Positions 36,843-46,250 of a stretch of DNA of 64,000 bases are shown one piece after another; position 1 is the first letter of the stretch, and each line of letters opens with the position of its first letter. The position numbers and the translations under genes were made by a program. The DNA lies in NCBI GenBank assembly GCA_963674965.2, contig CAXXFL010000003.1, forward strand, positions 224,001 through 288,000, given 5' to 3'. The notes beneath the pieces were generated by a model, which was given only the letters and a program-made list of their open reading frames with translations, ran no database searches and was not told where the DNA came from. Source of the DNA: a bacterium. Lineage in GTDB: Bacteria; RBG-13-61-14; DATKZS01.

Positions 36843-39800
36843 ACTTTTATCTGCACGAGATCGATGTTGTCGATGGCCGACTGGACTTTGTTGAAATTCA
36901 ACGCGATGGCCTCCATGGTAACCTCGGCTTTCGTCGCCTTAACGGCCGCCTCCTTGGCCGCCTGGAAGCCTATGGCCTTGAACTTCACGCTCCCGTCGGC
37001 CTCCAATACTCCCACTCCTCCGACGCGGGCGTCAAGATCGAAACCAAAGGCCGCGCCTATCTGCGCCTTGAAGCAAAAGGGAACGGCCAGAAGGCTGACG
37101 CTTATGGGGACTGAAAGTCCCGTGAACAAGTCTATGTCCGCCTTGAGCGACGAGCAGACGTTGAGGTTGATATTGGCGGCCACGCCCACGTTGACCGCCA
37201 GTTTAGCGGCCAGATAAGCGTTGATCGCCAGGTCGAGAGAAAGCTTGCACGAGAAGTCGAACCCGGCCGCGAAACTGAACGAGCACTTGATGGTGTTGTC
37301 CCACCTGTAGTCGAAGTGGTAATGACTGTGCGAGACGTTGGTGTTGGTATGGCTGTAGGCCATGGGCCAGCCGTCGTATTTGTCCCATTTCCACTCGTCC
37401 TTGAAGCCGCCGCCGGACTTGCAGTAATAGGTTTTCACTCCGCTGCTGTATTTTTCCTCGATACTCCTGGCCGAGACCTTGATTTCCTGAGAGGACCCCT
37501 TTTGGATGGACAGGGTATTGCCTTCCCGGTACTCGTAGGCGTCGCCGAACTTTTTCTCCACCCAGATGTTTTTCCATCCCTTCGAGCTTTTATGGGTCGC
37601 CGCCGGCACGTCCTTTTGCTGGTCGTCGTCCCATTTGGTCCAGGAGGCCAACTCGTTGGACGAGCTCCTGCCGAAAACGCTTTTCGTGGCGTCCTCCGTG
37701 ATCGTCGAGAACTCTTCCCAATCGGGACCGCCCTTCTTTAAAAGGTCCCATGACAAAGTCTCATTCAACTTGGCTTTCTGGTCCAGGTGATTCTCCACGT
37801 AGCTGTTGCCCAGGTTATACACCCAGTAGCCTCCGAAGTCGTAAATGTTCCCTTCCTGATGGATAAAGGTGTCGCCCTTGGCGATCTTCAGCCGTCCCGT
37901 CTGAACCAATGACTCCAGGTCCGCCGTGTCCACGGGGTTGGTTATCTGCTCTTCATCCTTGTCCTTGCCGTAGGTGTAGGCTTTGAGGTTGGTGGGACCG
38001 AAGGGCGACTTGTAGTTGTTGCCCTTATACCTCCCCTTGGTGGGCTGGGGCGTTTTCGAGGGGTTGAACCTCTCCCACAAGTACTGCAGCCCCGGCGGGA
38101 CCTTGTCCAGGGCGTCGGGCCCTCGAACGGTGTAATCACCGTACCTTTCCTTGGCCTCGAGCCAGATATTGTCGCTCGATCGTATCCTTATTCCCCTGCC
38201 CGGGTCCTGGTCCACCACCGGCTGCTGGACGTTAAGGGTCGTGGTGACCTCCCGGTAGAAGGCCACCGACCCCGTCTGGAAGTCCTCGATGTTCACGTCC
38301 GATACCAGCTTCCACTTCCCGCCGTCGATGTTGTGCTCGGAACCCGCGGCGGGCGCGTCAGTCCCCGAGGTCGCCAGGGTGGTGCGCGGGATCACGTTCA
38401 GGACCGTGTAACTGGCCCCGAGCCGGCGCACGTCGTAACTCTTGTCCAGCCGGTAGGTTATGGACTTCCCGTTGTCGTCCATGGAGGCGACGGCGTTCTT
38501 GACCTGGCTGCTCGGCGAAAGCTTCCAGCTTCCCTGGGAGTCGTTGAACTGATCGATCGGGTCGCCCTCGTACACGCTGTGGGGGTTCGCGGGATCGTTG
38601 GGGTAGCCGACGCGGACCCATGAGTTCGAGGTGGGCGAGCTCATCAGCACCCTTTGCTTGCCCCGCATGTCCTCGAAGTGCATGACGTTGCCGCCGGCGC
38701 TGCGTATGAGGTTCTTGCTCGAGTTCTCGTGATTGATCACGCTCTGGCCCTCGGCTCCCGGCACGGCGCCCGCTATGATGGGCCGGTCGGGGTCCCCGTC
38801 CATGAAGGTGATGATGACCTCGGCCCCCTTGCGAAGGGGAAAGTGCAAGCCCTCGTCGGGTCCGCAGTAGGGCTGGGCCATCCTGATCCAGCGGGATGCC
38901 CGCTGGCCCGCCAGGTCGCTGCGGTCGAAGGGCATCTTGACCTTGTATCTGCCGTACTCGTCAAGTTCCGCGTATTGGCCCTCGCCCTCGGACTCGACCT
39001 TGGCGTTGATCGTGCCGTGGAACCGGGGCTTGGGGGTTTCGATCTCGGGCCGAAACTGGACGTCGCTTTTAATGGCCTGGAAAGAGTTGCGGTAAAAGGG
39101 CCGCTTCTCGGCGTCGGTGGGCGAGGCCGCCACGCCGGCCGCCAGCAGGGATGCCTGGCTTCCCTCGTGCTCGAGGCCGACGAGGAGGTACTTCGCGTTA
39201 AAGTCCTTTCGGAAGTGACGCTCGAGGTCGAAGAAGTATCCCGGCCGGAGGAAGGCCGCCGCGCTTTCCGCGTGGTAGGCGTTCCGGCGGCACAGGATTT
39301 TTTCCGCCCGCAGCCTGGCGTATTCATTGGCCTCGTCCTCGTTTTTAACGTGCTCTCCATAAAGATAGACCTCGCCCTGGCCGTCCGGGGAAACCGTCGC
39401 CTGTCCCGTTATCACGGGCGGGGACTTGCGGTAGTTGAAGTCCTGCACGACCACCTTCTCGGGAACGGGACGGCGGCTCGAGAGGAAAGCCGTGCACGCC
39501 CTTTTCTGCACGCCCTGCTCGAGACCGGAGGGGGGAGAGTACTGGACCTTCTTCTCGTCGCCGGGCAGGTCCACGTGGGCCAGGCTCGTGTCGGTGACGA
39601 TCAGCTTGGCCCCCGACTCTTCCTGCTCCCAGTAGTAATACATCCCTTCCCTCTCCATCCAGCGGGAGATGAAGTTGAAGTGGGTTTCCTGGTACTGGCA
39701 AACGTAGGACCAGGTCCGGTAGCCCCGCTTGGTTTTTATTTCAAAGTCCAGCGAGGACAGGCCGCCCTCGCTCAAGACCTTCTCGATGATGGACGGAACG

Positions 39801-40147
39801 GTCATGTCCAGATAGACCTCGCTCACCTTGTACCCGGTGAGCTTCCAGAGCTTCGGGGACAGGACCGCCCGATAGATGTAGTTGCCGTCCACCTCCTGAA
39901 GCTGCTCGAAATTGGACACGATCCCGTGAACGGGAAGGCCCTTGTCAGCGTTCAGGTAGAGCGTGGCGTCATGGGTCATGACGGCGTCGAAGTCGATCTC
40001 CGGGTCCTTGCTAATCAGCGTGATCTTGAACTCGTAGAGCCGGGAAATCCCCTCGCTCCCGCTGAAGCTCACCACCGTAAAGGTATCGGGCCCAAGACCG
40101 GGGGCCTTGCTTTCAAAGAAAAAGGACTTCTCCTCAAGGTATGACAT
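36839..40147 (-). CDS. vgrG: VgrG/TssI spike protein with long C-terminal extension
   Basis: FSGSEGISRLYEF, CQYQETHFNFISRWMEREGMYY, QDFNY, DEYGRYKV, WIRMAQPY.G...GLHFPLRKGAEV, GDPDRPII; GGAGGA SD before ATG 40147. Confidence 0.93.
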   Translation of the reverse strand: MSYLEEKSFFFESKAPGLGPDTFTVVSFSGSEGISRLYEFKITLISKDPEIDFDAVMTHDATLYLNADKGLPVHGIVSNFEQLQEVDGNYIYRAVLSPKLWKLTGYKVSEVYLDMTVPSIIEKVLSEGGLSSLDFEIKTKRGYRTWSYVCQYQETHFNFISRWMEREGMYYYWEQEESGAKLIVTDTSLAHVDLPGDEKKVQYSPPSGLEQGVQKRACTAFLSSRRPVPEKVVVQDFNYRKSPPVITGQATVSPDGQGEVYLYGEHVKNEDEANEYARLRAEKILCRRNAYHAESAAAFLRPGYFFDLERHFRKDFNAKYLLVGLEHEGSQASLLAAGVAASPTDAEKRPFYRNSFQAIKSDVQFRPEIETPKPRFHGTINAKVESEGEGQYAELDEYGRYKVKMPFDRSDLAGQRASRWIRMAQPYCGPDEGLHFPLRKGAEVIITFMDGDPDRPIIAGAVPGAEGQSVINHENSSKNLIRSAGGNVMHFEDMRGKQRVLMSSPTSNSWVRVGYPNDPANPHSVYEGDPIDQFNDSQGSWKLSPSSQVKNAVASMDDNGKSITYRLDKSYDVRRLGASYTVLNVIPRTTLATSGTDAPAAGSEHNIDGGKWKLVSDVNIEDFQTGSVAFYREVTTTLNVQQPVVDQDPGRGIRIRSSDNIWLEAKERYGDYTVRGPDALDKVPPGLQYLWERFNPSKTPQPTKGRYKGNNYKSPFGPTNLKAYTYGKDKDEEQITNPVDTADLESLVQTGRLKIAKGDTFIHQEGNIYDFGGYWVYNLGNSYVENHLDQKAKLNETLSWDLLKKGGPDWEEFSTITEDATKSVFGRSSSNELASWTKWDDDQQKDVPAATHKSSKGWKNIWVEKKFGDAYEYREGNTLSIQKGSSQEIKVSARSIEEKYSSGVKTYYCKSGGGFKDEWKWDKYDGWPMAYSHTNTNVSHSHYHFDYRWDNTIKCSFSFAAGFDFSCKLSLDLAINAYLAAKLAVNVGVAANINLNVCSSLKADIDLFTGLSVPISVSLLAVPFCFKAQIGAAFGFDLDARVGGVGVLEADGSVKFKAIGFQAAKEAAVKATKAEVTMEAIALNFNKVQSAIDNIDLVQIKV

Positions 40148-40544
40148 TGACACGTCCTCCATGGCGTCGTTTAAAATGGCCGGGTCCGAAAAGCTCTGGT
40201 ACAGCTCGCGGCGTAAATTCCAATCGATCGTTCACAAATTTTGCCCCGCCTTTTCAGGGATTACGATGAGGTTACCATCCTGGGCTGACGAGGCCTCATT
40301 TTTTATAACGCTCCGGCGCCCCTGATGGAGGACTTGCCGCTATTAAGCTCTTTTACCTTTGCCAATCCCGTCCCTTTGTCCGGGTACACTTTCATATCAT
40401 TAATTTTCCAGGAAAACTATAGATATCAGTCCATTTGGATTTGGCTCAAGCATAGCAATCGGCCAAGTCCAATGTCAAACACGTTTTTCGAGATGGTTAG
40501 GACGATTTTTGGGAAAAAGAGAAAGACCCAACTCCCCTTGTGCT

Positions 40545-41339
40545 TTACCGGTCCTCTCGGGCGTCCGCGGGGCCGTGTTTGGCCATCAACTCGAAAAGCC
40601 TCGGCCTTACGACGCGGTTGGCCACCTCGTATTCCTCTTCCCGAGTCAGGCTCGAGCCGTAATATTCCTCGAGCTCGAAGGGCTGGCCGAACTCGATCTT
40701 CAGCTTGGCGGGCAAGGTGAAGGGCAAGATGAGGGGGTCGTTAGGTCCGTGGTCCCGCTCGATTTCCCCTAATATGGGCGAGGCGTAATGGAAGCCGACC
40801 ATGGCCGTCGGCACGAGAGGCACGCGATAGCGGAGGGCGATCCGGACCACGCCGGGAAAGAACTTGTGGAGCGAGTGGCGGTCCCTGAACGTGCCCGAGT
40901 GTCCCTCCGGATAGATCGAGACCAGGGACGGGTACATCTGGCCCCCCTCTTTCAGGTACGGGTCGATGTACTCCCACCTTACGCCGCCGCGCGTCCATAA
41001 AGGGATGCCGCCGCCCACCCAGTAGCGGCCCCATTTGCTGAAAAGGAAATGCCAGTCGCTCGCTATCAGCCCGTGGATCGGCCTGTCCGGCAGGGCGCAG
41101 TCGGAAAGGGAAACTATATCGAGGTCGAACCCGCCCCCATGCCTGGCCACGATAAGGGCCGGTCCCGCCGGCACGCTCGAGGCCCCGATGACCTCGAGCC
41201 GGTGATAATATTTGAAGTAGGCCCGGAAAAAGGCCTTCCTCTTTTCGTTATACCCGGCGAACTCGGACCGGTAGCGGTCCATGCGCTCCAGGTTTCTCTT
41301 GTATTCCTCGTCCATGCCCTTGTCGCGTCGATCGTACAA
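40545..41339 (-). CDS. Lysophospholipid acyltransferase family protein (start TTG 41339 or ATG 41315)
   Basis: ALIVARHGGGFDLD, IYPEG, RIALRYRVPLVP, IEFGQP. Confidence 0.8.
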   Translation of the reverse strand: MYDRRDKGMDEEYKRNLERMDRYRSEFAGYNEKRKAFFRAYFKYYHRLEVIGASSVPAGPALIVARHGGGFDLDIVSLSDCALPDRPIHGLIASDWHFLFSKWGRYWVGGGIPLWTRGGVRWEYIDPYLKEGGQMYPSLVSIYPEGHSGTFRDRHSLHKFFPGVVRIALRYRVPLVPTAMVGFHYASPILGEIERDHGPNDPLILPFTLPAKLKIEFGQPFELEEYYGSSLTREEEYEVANRVVRPRLFELMAKHGPADAREDR

Positions 41340-41377
41340 CGTCCCATCCTCCCGCCGCAAACCTGGGGCCGCCGCGG

Positions 41378-43483
41378 CTAGACGATCTTGAAGTCCAGCG
41401 TGGCCAGGTCCTCCTTTTTGCTCGAGCCGCCCACGTGGGCCTTGTAAGATATGCTTTCCACGACCCACTCGCCTTCTTCAACGTCGTAATAGGCCAGCTC
41501 GGCGGCGCGAATGGTCATGGTCACGGTCCCGGTCCGGCCGGGCTCGAGATGGACCCGGGCAAAGCCCTTGAGTTCCTTTTCCGGCCGGTCGACCCTCGAG
41601 CCTATTGCCCCAACGTAAAGCTGGACTACCTCCTCGCCCTCTTTTTCGCCGGCGTTCGTTACGTCCACCGCCAGCACGATCTCGCCGTTTTTATCCATCG
41701 TGGCGGACGAGAGACGGGGTTTCCCGTACTCGAAGCGAGCGTAGGAAAGGCCGTGTCCGAAGTGGAAGGCCGGCTCGAGCCCGTTCTTATCGAGGAGCTT
41801 GTAGCCGTGATAATAGTCGTATACGACCTCTCTGGCCTTGTTATCGAAGGGAGGAAGCTGGTCGAGGGACCGGGGCATTACCATGGGCAGCTTGCCCGAG
41901 GGGCTTATATCGCCGAAGAGTATCTCGGCCAGCGCCGTCCCGCCCTCCATGCCGGGATACCAGGCCATGAGCACCGCGGGGACCTCGTCTTTCCAGGACT
42001 CCATTATCACCGCGCTTCCCGACTCGATGATAACGGCCACGTTCCGGTTGGCGTCGGCGACCGCCTTGATCAGTTCCTCGTCGGCGGGCGAGAGTCGAAG
42101 GTCCTCCCGGTCCCCTCCCAGGTTGGCCTCGCGTATGTACTCGCCCTCCTTCCTCCAGTCGAAGCCGGCCACCACCACCGCCGCGTCGGCCTCTCCGGCG
42201 GCCCGCGCCGCCGCGCTCTTGTCCGAGCCGGCGTAGACCACCTCGAGACCCGGGCCGGCGAGCTTCTTTATGCCCTCGAGCGGAGTTACCGAGTAGGGCG
42301 GCCTCACGACGCTCGAGCCCTTGTCGCCCAGGTTTACCTTTTTGGCCAGACGTCCGATCACGGCCAGACTCTTCATCCGTCCGCGGTCGAAAGGCAGGAG
42401 AGGTCCCTCGTTTTTGAGGAGCACCGTCCCTTTCCTGGCGGCCTCGAGGGCGAGGGCCGCGTGCTCGGGCCCGGCGATCATGGACTTGTCGTAATCCTTT
42501 CTATCCTCGAGGTGAGCGAAGCGGAGCTTTTGCCTGACGATCCGGAGGGCGGCCTCGTCGATAACCGATTCGGACACCTCTTGGGCCTTGACGGCCCTCT
42601 CGAGCTTCTTGCCGTAATGGCGGCGCATGGGCATCTCGACGTCGAGCCCTCCGTTGGCCGCCTCGGCCGTGTCCTCCACCCCGTAGAAGAAGTCGGAGAT
42701 CACGAAGCCCTCGAATCCCCAGTCGCCCTTCAATATATCGCGCAGGAGATGCTCGTTGTGAGAGCAGAGTTCTCCGTTCACGTCGTTATAGGCGCTCATG
42801 ATGGAGGCGACCCCATTGTCCACGCACTTCTTGAAATGAGGCAGGTACACCTCGCGGAGGGTCCTTTCATCGACCTTGACGTTGACGAAGAACCTCGATT
42901 CCTCGATGCTGTTGCAGGCGTAGTGCTTGGCGCAGGCCATGACGTGCTCCTGCAGGCCGCGCATGGATGCGACACCCATTTGGCCCAGGTGATAAGGGTC
43001 CTCGCCGAAGGTCTCCTGGGCCCTTCCCCAGGAGGGATGACGCAGCACGTTGATGCAAAGGGCCCCCGTGAAGTTGGCCCCTTGCGCCGCCATCTCGTAC
43101 CCGATGGCCCTTCCGATCCTCTCCTCGAGGTCCACGTCGAAGGCGGCGCCCCTGGCCATGGACACGGGAAAGCAGGTGGAACCCCTCCGGTTGGGACCGC
43201 GCGGTCCGTCCATGAAGCGGATGCCGGCGAGCCCGAGCCTTTTGTTGGGGGCCGTGCCGACGATGGTGCCTCTCCCGCTGAGCTGGTCATAGGCCTCGTC
43301 GAGCATCAGCCAGTAGGGCTCGGGCGTCATCTGGTCCACCTTTTCCGCCAGGCTCATCTTCGCCACGATGGACCTGGCCCTCTCCTCGATATCCGCGCCG
43401 GCCTCCTCGCTTACTTGAGCCGCCAGGCCGGCGGGGGCCAGGGCCATTACGCCGGCCGCCTTGATAAAATCACGCCTTTTCAT
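41378..43483 (-). CDS. Tat-exported GH3 beta-glucosidase/beta-xylosidase
   Basis: MKRRDFIK signal; DGPRG, WGRAQETFGEDP, CAKHY, FVISDF, VLLKN, FGHGLSY, Fn3-like tail; ATGA overlap with xylH stop. Confidence 0.92.
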   Translation of the reverse strand: MKRRDFIKAAGVMALAPAGLAAQVSEEAGADIEERARSIVAKMSLAEKVDQMTPEPYWLMLDEAYDQLSGRGTIVGTAPNKRLGLAGIRFMDGPRGPNRRGSTCFPVSMARGAAFDVDLEERIGRAIGYEMAAQGANFTGALCINVLRHPSWGRAQETFGEDPYHLGQMGVASMRGLQEHVMACAKHYACNSIEESRFFVNVKVDERTLREVYLPHFKKCVDNGVASIMSAYNDVNGELCSHNEHLLRDILKGDWGFEGFVISDFFYGVEDTAEAANGGLDVEMPMRRHYGKKLERAVKAQEVSESVIDEAALRIVRQKLRFAHLEDRKDYDKSMIAGPEHAALALEAARKGTVLLKNEGPLLPFDRGRMKSLAVIGRLAKKVNLGDKGSSVVRPPYSVTPLEGIKKLAGPGLEVVYAGSDKSAAARAAGEADAAVVVAGFDWRKEGEYIREANLGGDREDLRLSPADEELIKAVADANRNVAVIIESGSAVIMESWKDEVPAVLMAWYPGMEGGTALAEILFGDISPSGKLPMVMPRSLDQLPPFDNKAREVVYDYYHGYKLLDKNGLEPAFHFGHGLSYARFEYGKPRLSSATMDKNGEIVLAVDVTNAGEKEGEEVVQLYVGAIGSRVDRPEKELKGFARVHLEPGRTGTVTMTIRAAELAYYDVEEGEWVVESISYKAHVGGSSKKEDLATLDFKIV

Positions 43484-44718
43484 TCCCCTCTCCTCTCTTG
43501 TCTTGATATGGTTTTCCAAAATCGCAAGCGGCCGCGAAGCGCGCTCATCCAGGGGGGCGGGTCCTTGGCGGCCACGTCCACCGCCACGGCCGCGGCCAGC
43601 ACGCCGCCTCTTACCACGAGTTGCATCCAGTTCTCGAGGCCCGTGTAGTCCATGCCCTGGATGACCGTGGCCATGACCAGCGCGCCGAGAAAAGTGCCGA
43701 ACACCGAGCCCCGGCCGCCCATCAGGCTGGTGCCGCCGATGACGCAGGCGGCGATGGCGTAAAGCTCGTACCACTCCCCCGCCTTCTGCGTCGCGCCCTG
43801 GTTCTGGGCCATCCACACTATGCCCGCCACGCCGGCCAGAAGCCCCATCAGCCCGAACACTGCCACCGTGTTGCGCTCGACGCGTATGCCCGAGAGCCGC
43901 GCCGCCTCCGGGTTCCCGCCGATGGCGAACACCCTCCTGCCGAACCTCGCGTGGCGGGCTATGACGTAGGTGACGACTAAAACTGCCGCCATCAAGAGGG
44001 TCTGCGCGGGAATGCCCCTGTACTGATTGGCCAGGTAAACGAAAAGCAAAATGCAACCTGAAGGAACGAGGGTTTTCAGGGCCAGGCCGATCTTATCGGC
44101 CGGGGCGCCCGACAGCGCGCTCTTTCGTTTTTCGCCGTATACGACCGCGGCGGCCAGAAGCAGGCAAGCGGCGCAGGCGATGGCCCATCCCGCCCAATCG
44201 GGCAGGTAATTGAAACCCAGGGCGTTGACCCACCTGTCGTCCGGAACGCGGGGGTCCCTGGCCGACACCCGCTGCGTTAGTCCCCTGAAGATGAACAGCC
44301 CCGCCAGGGTCACGATGAACGCGGGCACGCGGAAATAAGCCACCAGGAACCCCTGCCACAGCCCGAGCCCCAGCCCCACCAAAAGCGCGGCGGCCACGGC
44401 CAGGGTGGTCGAGACGCCGAGCCCTTCCTCGGGGTCCATGAGAAAGGCGCAAGTCCCCACCACCAGGGCGAGGAGGGAACCCACGGAGAGGTCGATGTTG
44501 CCCGAGACGATCACCAGGGTCATGCCCGCGGCCAGGATGGTCCAGGTGGCCATGTCCCGACTCAGCTTGGCTATGCTTTCGCCGCTGAAGTAGAAGTCTC
44601 CCACCTGGAGGCGGAAGAATATCCACATGGCCGCCAGGATGAGGACCATGGACACAAGGCGCAGGTCGGCCTTAAAGGGAGCGGGCTTGTCCGTTCCCGA
44701 GTCCTTTAAATTGCTCAA
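43480..44718 (-). CDS. xylH: Xylose ABC transporter permease
   Basis: GMTLVIVSGNIDLSVGS, VPAFIVTL, FGRRVFAIGGNPEAARLSGI, IAACVIGGTSLMGG; TTG start overlapping the xylG stop. Confidence 0.85.
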   Translation of the reverse strand: MSNLKDSGTDKPAPFKADLRLVSMVLILAAMWIFFRLQVGDFYFSGESIAKLSRDMATWTILAAGMTLVIVSGNIDLSVGSLLALVVGTCAFLMDPEEGLGVSTTLAVAAALLVGLGLGLWQGFLVAYFRVPAFIVTLAGLFIFRGLTQRVSARDPRVPDDRWVNALGFNYLPDWAGWAIACAACLLLAAAVVYGEKRKSALSGAPADKIGLALKTLVPSGCILLFVYLANQYRGIPAQTLLMAAVLVVTYVIARHARFGRRVFAIGGNPEAARLSGIRVERNTVAVFGLMGLLAGVAGIVWMAQNQGATQKAGEWYELYAIAACVIGGTSLMGGRGSVFGTFLGALVMATVIQGMDYTGLENWMQLVVRGGVLAAAVAVDVAAKDPPPWMSALRGRLRFWKTISRQERRGE

Positions 44719-46250
44719 GTCGCCGCCTCCATAATTTTTTCGGCCGCGGCCTCGCCTCGGTCGAGACGGGCCGCGACCTTCCCTTCCCGAAGGACCAGTA
44801 TCTCGTCGGAGACCCCCAGCACCTCGGGCAGCTCGCTCGAGGCCATGATCACGGCCATGCCCTTCGCAGCCAGTCTTCCGATGTTCTCGTGCACCTCGGC
44901 CTTGGCTCCCACGTCGATGCCCCGAGTGGGCTCGTCCAGGAGCAGGACCCGGGGAGCGCGGAGGAGCCATTTGCCGAGCACCACCTTCTGCTGGTTGCCG
45001 CCCGACAGGGTCTCGACGGCCGCCTCGAGGGACGGGGCCTTGACGCCCATGGCCGCCGCGGCCTCCCGGCAGGCCTCCCGCTCCCTGGCCGAGTCCACCA
45101 GGCCGAAACGAACGAAGTCGTCAAGATGTACCATGGACAGGTTGTCCTTGACCGAAAAGGACCGGATCAAGCCGTGAAGCTTCCTGTCCTCCGGCGCCAG
45201 GGCCAGGCCCGCCGCTATCGCCTGGGACGGTGAATCGATCTGGACCTCGACCCCCCTCACCTTGATCCTGCCAGTCCTTTTGCCGGGGGGCGATCCGAAA
45301 AGAGCGGACAATAAAGACGTCCGGCCCGAGCCCATCAGGCCCGCCACCCCCAGTATCCGGCCTTCCCTCACGCTGAAGCTGACCTTGTCCAGGATGTAAA
45401 CGCCCGGACGGCCGGGGGCCTCGATTGACAAGTCCTCCACCTCGAGGGCCACCGGGCCGGGGGAGCGATCGACGCGGGGAAAAACCTCCGATACCTCCCG
45501 CCCGACCATGGCGCCGATGACCTCTTGCCGGGTCCAGTCCGAGGCCCGGCGGGAGGCGACCGACTTGCCGTCGCGCAGGACCGTGATCCTGTCGGCGACG
45601 GCGAAGACTTCCTCCAGCTTGTGCGAGATGTAGACGATAGCCGCTCCCTGGTCCCTGAGCGACGCGATAAGGTCGAGGAGGGCCTTGACCTCCCGGCTGG
45701 CCAGGGCGGCCGTGGGCTCGTCCAGGACGAGGACCCGGCTTTTTTTCCGGACGGCCTTGGCTATCTCGACCATCTGCTTGAGGCTTACCCCCAGTTCGCC
45801 CACCATGGACCCGGCGTCCACCTCGACGCCGAGCGAGCCGAGAAGCTCCATGGACCGGGCGTACATTTTCTCGAAATCGACCAGGCCAAACCGAACCGGC
45901 TCGTCGCCCAGAAAAATATTTTCCGCCGCGGTCATGTAGTCAACCAGCGCCAGTTCCTGGTGGATAACGCCTATTCCCGCTCGTTCCGAGTCGCCTATGC
46001 CCCGGAACTTTACCGCCCGGCCGTCCACCCTCACTTCTCCCTCGAAGCTCCCGTGGGGATGGACGCCGCTCAGGACCTTGATGAGCGTGGACTTGCCCGC
46101 GCCGTTCTCGCCCACCAGGGCGTGGACCTCGCCCGGGTGGACCGCGAAGCTCACGCCGTCCAGGGCCCGGGCGCCGGGAAAGTCCTTGACCACGTTCCTC
46201 GCCTCGAGGACGAAAGACGCGTCATGGGCCATCGCTCGGGCGGCGGTCAT
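44715..46250 (-). CDS. xylG: Xylose ABC transporter ATP-binding protein
   Basis: Two NBDs; GENGAGKSTL, LDEPT, LSGGNQQKV. Confidence 0.88.
   Translation of the reverse strand: MTAARAMAHDASFVLEARNVVKDFPGARALDGVSFAVHPGEVHALVGENGAGKSTLIKVLSGVHPHGSFEGEVRVDGRAVKFRGIGDSERAGIGVIHQELALVDYMTAAENIFLGDEPVRFGLVDFEKMYARSMELLGSLGVEVDAGSMVGELGVSLKQMVEIAKAVRKKSRVLVLDEPTAALASREVKALLDLIASLRDQGAAIVYISHKLEEVFAVADRITVLRDGKSVASRRASDWTRQEVIGAMVGREVSEVFPRVDRSPGPVALEVEDLSIEAPGRPGVYILDKVSFSVREGRILGVAGLMGSGRTSLLSALFGSPPGKRTGRIKVRGVEVQIDSPSQAIAAGLALAPEDRKLHGLIRSFSVKDNLSMVHLDDFVRFGLVDSAREREACREAAAAMGVKAPSLEAAVETLSGGNQQKVVLGKWLLRAPRVLLLDEPTRGIDVGAKAEVHENIGRLAAKGMAVIMASSELPEVLGVSDEILVLREGKVAARLDRGEAAAEKIMEAAT

Noticed and set aside
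40440-40475. Possible sigma54 promoter upstream of vgrG
   Set aside because: GG-to-GC spacings on the minus strand are 11 or 12 nt rather than the required 10.
41435-43648. Long antisense or alternative-frame ORFs (e.g. 41435-43648, 15240-16715, 38654-40144, 54010-55425, 61814-63379)
   Set aside because: They shadow well-supported genes and are expected in high-GC coding DNA; no recognisable motifs.
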